A DNA stretch of 64,000 bases, from contig OZ024743.1 of assembly GCA_964016885.1 (NCBI GenBank), forward strand, positions 282,410,001 through 282,474,000, in the 5' to 3' direction. Position 1 is the stretch's first letter. Each line of letters begins with the position of its first letter. The stretch comes from Eledone cirrhosa. Its lineage: Eukaryota. This document shows, in pieces, positions 62,079 through 64,000 of the stretch. The notes below the pieces were generated by a model. That model ran no database searches, was not told the DNA's origin, and was given only the letters and a program-made list of their open reading frames with translations. The position numbers were made by a program, and so were the translations under genes.

Positions 62079-64000
62079 TTTTACTATGTGTGGATAGTAT
62101 ACTATTCACTAACAACAAATAGGTATACCAAAAATACAAAACTAATTCAATTACAATGTAGAAGAATCACTTTAGCTATTCCCTAAACACATAGATGGTT
62201 ATATTCATTTTTCCATTTATTTTGTGGTACCAAAATCTGCCATATTCTTTGTAACCTGGTTACTGACAATTCCACTGCAGTAGAATTTGATACCATGAAA
62301 TAAATAAAAAGTTAATATAATAGCATTTGTTTGTTTGTTTGTTTGTTTCTGTGTGTGTGTGTTTCTTGAAAATATAAAATGGCTCTTCTGGTGAGCATAA
62401 GTTGCGCTCATTTTATATACAACATTTATAATGTACTGTATATTTTGAATCAAGGTTGCATGTTGGTTTTTCACATTCTTGTGGGAAATGTTATACTTTT
62501 ACAGTAATACAGTTTGGGGGTTATACTTGTTTTGGAGGCATTTAGTAATATAACTTTCTCATTACTAAGTTGGTGTTTGGAACATAACTTATAGAATTAT
62601 GATGGAAAGACTTATACACACTTTAAAACAAACAGTTTTGTATTGTAGAACCAGTGGTAGTTTGATAACAAAAAGGTTAATGGAATACCTAAATTAAAAT
62701 AATCTCAAATGGTACATTGGAATGACTGTTTTAATTTAGTTTCAAGTATTTCTTGAACCAAGAATATGTCTGTGTGGTCCTGGACAACTAGCTAAGAGGT
62801 CAGAAGTTTGTGTCCTGTTACTGACACTGACAGGATATGGCCATGGTCAAGACATTTGCCTATCAAAACCTGTCTCTATGTTGTTACAACTTGCACTTAC
62901 TCAGGTTTCATTTTATAGGAGGTTTCTCAAGTTTTTTAATGATAGAGGAACTGATTGTATCATGTTAATATTTTCCCAGTATGAGTCGGTGGGATTTGAA
63001 CTCAGAATGCACAGAACCAGAACAGATACTGCAGGACATCCTGTATTGATACTTTAATACTTCTGTCAAATGGATATTTATTTATCAATCCAGAAAGAAT
63101 GAAAGACCAAGTCAACCTCAGTGGGATTTGAACTCAGAATGCAGACAACTGGAACAAATACTGCGAGGCATTTAATTTGATGTTTTAAAGGCTGACAATT
63201 TTCCACTATGGAAATCCTAAAATAAGTATCACTAGTGATACAGTCAGTTCGCAGATGTAGTCAGTAGTAACAGAACTGTAGTTTGTTAGTTTATACCACT
63301 GAATTCAGTTCTTCCTGTGAGAAAAGTTACTTGCAATAAGACTAGAATCCTATCCAAGGAGAGATCTATCATATTTGTGTAGAGGAACTGGAGTTTAGCA
63401 GACTGACCCTCATTGGTTTAATGCTTCATAAGCTATAGGTTCAGTTGTTATCAGTTGACATTGTATTATGCTCCTAAGTAAAAGAAAAACAAATCTGACT
63501 TCATTTCTCTATCAACTGTTTAATCCATTGTTTGAACTTATATAACCAGACACTTATGTTAGCTGCCTGTTGGTGTATTTTAAAGTAAACTGTGGATCAT
63601 ATTGCCATCAAGCTTATAACAAGTCGTGGTTAGCTCTTAATTTTACCTGTTTGGTTTTCTAGTTGACTTGATTCTATTAACTATTCACACTTTCTTTTAA
63701 TTTGTTGTGTTAGTGTGGATCAGAAGATTCTAAACTGTGTCATAACATTTTAGTGTGTTGCCAATAACCAAGAATTATGTTGTAAAATTAACCCTTTTGT
63801 TATTATATTTCTAATGAGAGAACTACCTATCATTTTCAAATTATTTTGAAAATAATAAAAACTGTGAAGGGATTCAGTAACAAAGCTAATTTGGAGAGAT
63901 TTAACAATATAAACATTATTACCAGATATCTACTAAAAATTGGATATTTAGATTTTAGATGTTCAGGATAGTGAAGGTGCATGGCCTAGTATTTAAGATG

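Overview
AT-rich eukaryotic (animal) genomic DNA. The repeat landscape (abundant tRNA-derived SINEs, RTE LINEs, (TA)n microsatellites) resembles coleoid cephalopods such as Octopus; this organism call is an inference. The only host coding sequence I can support is the promoter and first coding exon of an Enhancer of Polycomb (EPC, NuA4/TIP60 subunit) gene at 2177-2329 (+). The remaining ~61 kb appears to be its first intron, since I found no exon 2. The intron contains a young 5'-truncated RTE-type LINE with an uninterrupted RT frame (52.1-54.7 kb), decayed RTE, CR1-like and R4-like LINE pieces, a decayed RepHel Helitron with a composite cluster of Helitron termini (24.6-31.4 kb), a non-autonomous Helitron (61.5-62.1 kb), piggyBac-like MITEs and many SINEs. 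Main findings: (1) a complete type I hammerhead ribozyme on the minus strand at 45655-45710; (2) two copies of a 37-bp CTAG-to-CTAG palindrome that provides a Helitron 3' end on both strands, bracketing a 560-bp cassette with Helitron ends in both directions, next to orphan cargo ORFs; (3) a multi-hairpin/pseudoknot RNA module in the RTE 3' UTR with compensatory changes between copies; (4) a modular fold-back element family sitting in (TA)n tracts. Most short ORFs in the supplied track are microsatellite or antisense artefacts. Coordinates of decayed repeats are approximate.
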